The notes under the pieces were generated by a model. It made no database searches, was not told where the DNA came from, and was given only the letters and a program-made list of their open reading frames with translations. This document shows positions 61,959 to 64,000 of a DNA stretch of 64,000 bases, piece after piece; within the stretch, counting starts at the first letter, position 1, and every line of letters starts with the position of its first letter. The DNA is from Rhynchobatus australiae (lineage: Eukaryota), in assembly GCA_034780895.1 (NCBI GenBank), contig JAUZTB010000083.1, positions 8,338,999-8,402,998 on the forward strand, written 5' to 3'. The position numbers and the translations under genes were made by a program.

Positions 61959-63789
61959 GCAAGCAGCGGATCACAGAAGGATCTCCTGGTTAATGTGCTG
62001 ACACTATTTCCCTCTCAATATTGCTGTGTAAGATCCTTTTCATGTGAAAAATGTACATTATGATGTTGTGGGTTTTGTGTTTGACGTCCAAATGCAATAA
62101 GAAAAATAAAACCAAACTCTTTATAATAAGAATGACGACTCTGGTTTTCTTTTTGGGTTGGTTTACTGCCCTTCATATTCTTTGTGACCTGTTACAGCAT
62201 TCACACCAGGCTGCACTGGTTACTTTTAGGCACCCTGGCACTTATTCAGACATGGATGAGATGGTGCTCATTAGTTTGAATGCAGGCTGGCCTCAGGAAA
62301 ATATAACCAAGAAATCTTGATTGCATTGAATGAGTGGAACCTGTCATCTAGTCAGCCATACCACCACCCCCACCCCCCCTAACTCGTCATCTCAGAAAAT
62401 CCTCTGAAGGAAATGGTGCCTCTTATGGATTGACAATCTTAATCAATTTTGGAAGTCATTTAAGTAAGTGCAGAAATCCTTAACTTTATGACAGATGCTC
62501 ACCACTGCTATTCGGAATTTACTCTGATGCTGGAATCCATTGAAGGAACACCAACTTCCTGCAGTTATGCTGGGGTGTCTGCCCAGTGAACCTGCACCAG
62601 TTACAGCAGAGAACATGGTTCTGAGGAAGAGGTGAATTTCAGGTCATTTATATTTTTTAAATTGAGTCATTTTTAATGTACTTGTAATATTTTTATTNNN
62701 NNNNNNCAGTGTATAACTTAAAAAAGGTGTCCAAGAACTATTAAACACTTCCATCTGACATTCAAGTCTTGACAGCAGTACGTCTGGGGTGGAGTTAACT
62801 GGCAGTTAAGGCATTTCTAAGGGCAGAGATTGCTATTTTCAGCAAGAAAGCCCCTCACAGAACAGGGCCTCACCAATTGGGTCAGCTTTGGAGAACAAGT
62901 TAGTGTTGCAGGTAAATGTGGGCAGGGGAACAGGGAGTACAGGTGGCTCACTGAACCATCCCACTAACAAATATTGGCTCATGGGCCGTGTGTTATACAT
63001 CACTGCCATAAACTTTCCATCGGGCTTTTCTGCCACTAAACTGCTTTTCCTTATTTATCCTCAAACCCCTTAATGATGTTGAGTAACTCTATTGCTTAAG
63101 CTTCTCTACTCTGAGGAAACAACATTCATTTCTCTGCATTACTGATTATTGTATCACCCTTTGTGCTACATCTCCTTTCCTAGTACTCAGAATTGTCCAT
63201 GATGCATATTCTGGTCTAACTTCAGTCTCAAAAATTTAAAAGAATCTGTGCTCTAGGTCCTGATGTTTCTCAGTTTCTTGTCTCCCCTGTAAGATCACCA
63301 AAAACAGCATTCTTTGCATAAATGCTGATAACATCCAGCTCTTCTAGTCTGCACCCATCCGCAGAATCTAAATTGTCACACTGCTTGCCCAATATGCAGA
63401 CTGTATGAGCAGAAACTTCCTTCAGTGCTGGAAAGACCAAAATCTTTGGTCCCTGTGACTCTCCACTCCCTGTCTGAGCTCATCTTTGCTATAAATTTGA
63501 GCCTGCTGTGCATGTGGGCTTTGTTTCTGAATCATTGCTTCTACCTCCATAGCATAGGCCTCCACTTACTTGCTGCTGAATCCCTCCCACCACTTTGCCA
63601 TTGTTAAATGTAGATTTGATATTACATTTCTGGCTGCTTTCCCCATAAAGCTGTCCTCTATGAAGTTGTGGTCAGTGTCAAGACAAGCAGCAGGAGGTTA
63701 TTCTGTCCATACTAGCTTCCGAGTGAGCAGTCCCATCTCCATATTCTCTCACCTGTGCATCTCCTCCCCTTTGACTCTTTGCCACTTAA

Positions 63790-63920
63790 TATACCAGCAC
63801 ATCTTTGGGGTGTGGGAGGAAACCAGAGTACCCTCAGTAAAAGTCACAGGCAGCATCTGATGTTTCGATTGAACCTGTGTTCCTGAAGCAGTACTAAATG
63901 CTGTGCTACTGCACTGCTGT
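63790..63920 (-). mobile_element. V-SINE fragment
   Basis: ccagcacatctttggggtgtgggaggaaaccagagtaccc...gattgaacctg...tgctgtgctactgcactgc. Confidence 0.75.
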
Positions 63921-64000
63921 ATGGGCAAATATCCATTGGTGTCTAGTTAAGGGGCACTTAATTTATAAGTTTTTCCCCATTGCCTTTCTGTCATGTCCCA

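Noticed and set aside
389-63860. Remaining 60-145 aa ORFs as host protein-coding genes
   Set aside because: They are either TE fragments or have no recognisable domain. No coherent multi-exon CDS could be built.

Overview
Vertebrate genomic DNA, AT-rich, with many 10-N and 100-N scaffold gaps. The repeat repertoire (CR1, L2, Rex-Babar, RTE, Penelope, V-SINE, DeuSINE) points to a cartilaginous fish, probably a batoid; this is an inference. I can support no intact protein-coding gene: the recognisable ORFs are decayed retrotransposon fragments, and the longest ones are N-gap artefacts. The main functional content is a + strand miR-15-family pair, a miR-497-like hairpin (58628-58712) and a miR-195-like hairpin (61873-61958), about 3.2 kb apart in a TE-poor zone. 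An AT-rich but CpG-retaining, TE-free domain (33.4-35.2 kb) carries CCAAT and YY1 motifs. Together with several + strand candidate exons it suggests a long spliced non-coding host transcript (MIR497HG-like; hypothesis). Penelope terminal repeats carry decayed minimal hammerhead ribozyme motifs. Repeat and miRNA identities come from recalled consensus sequences and hand translation, not database searches. TE boundaries are approximate.
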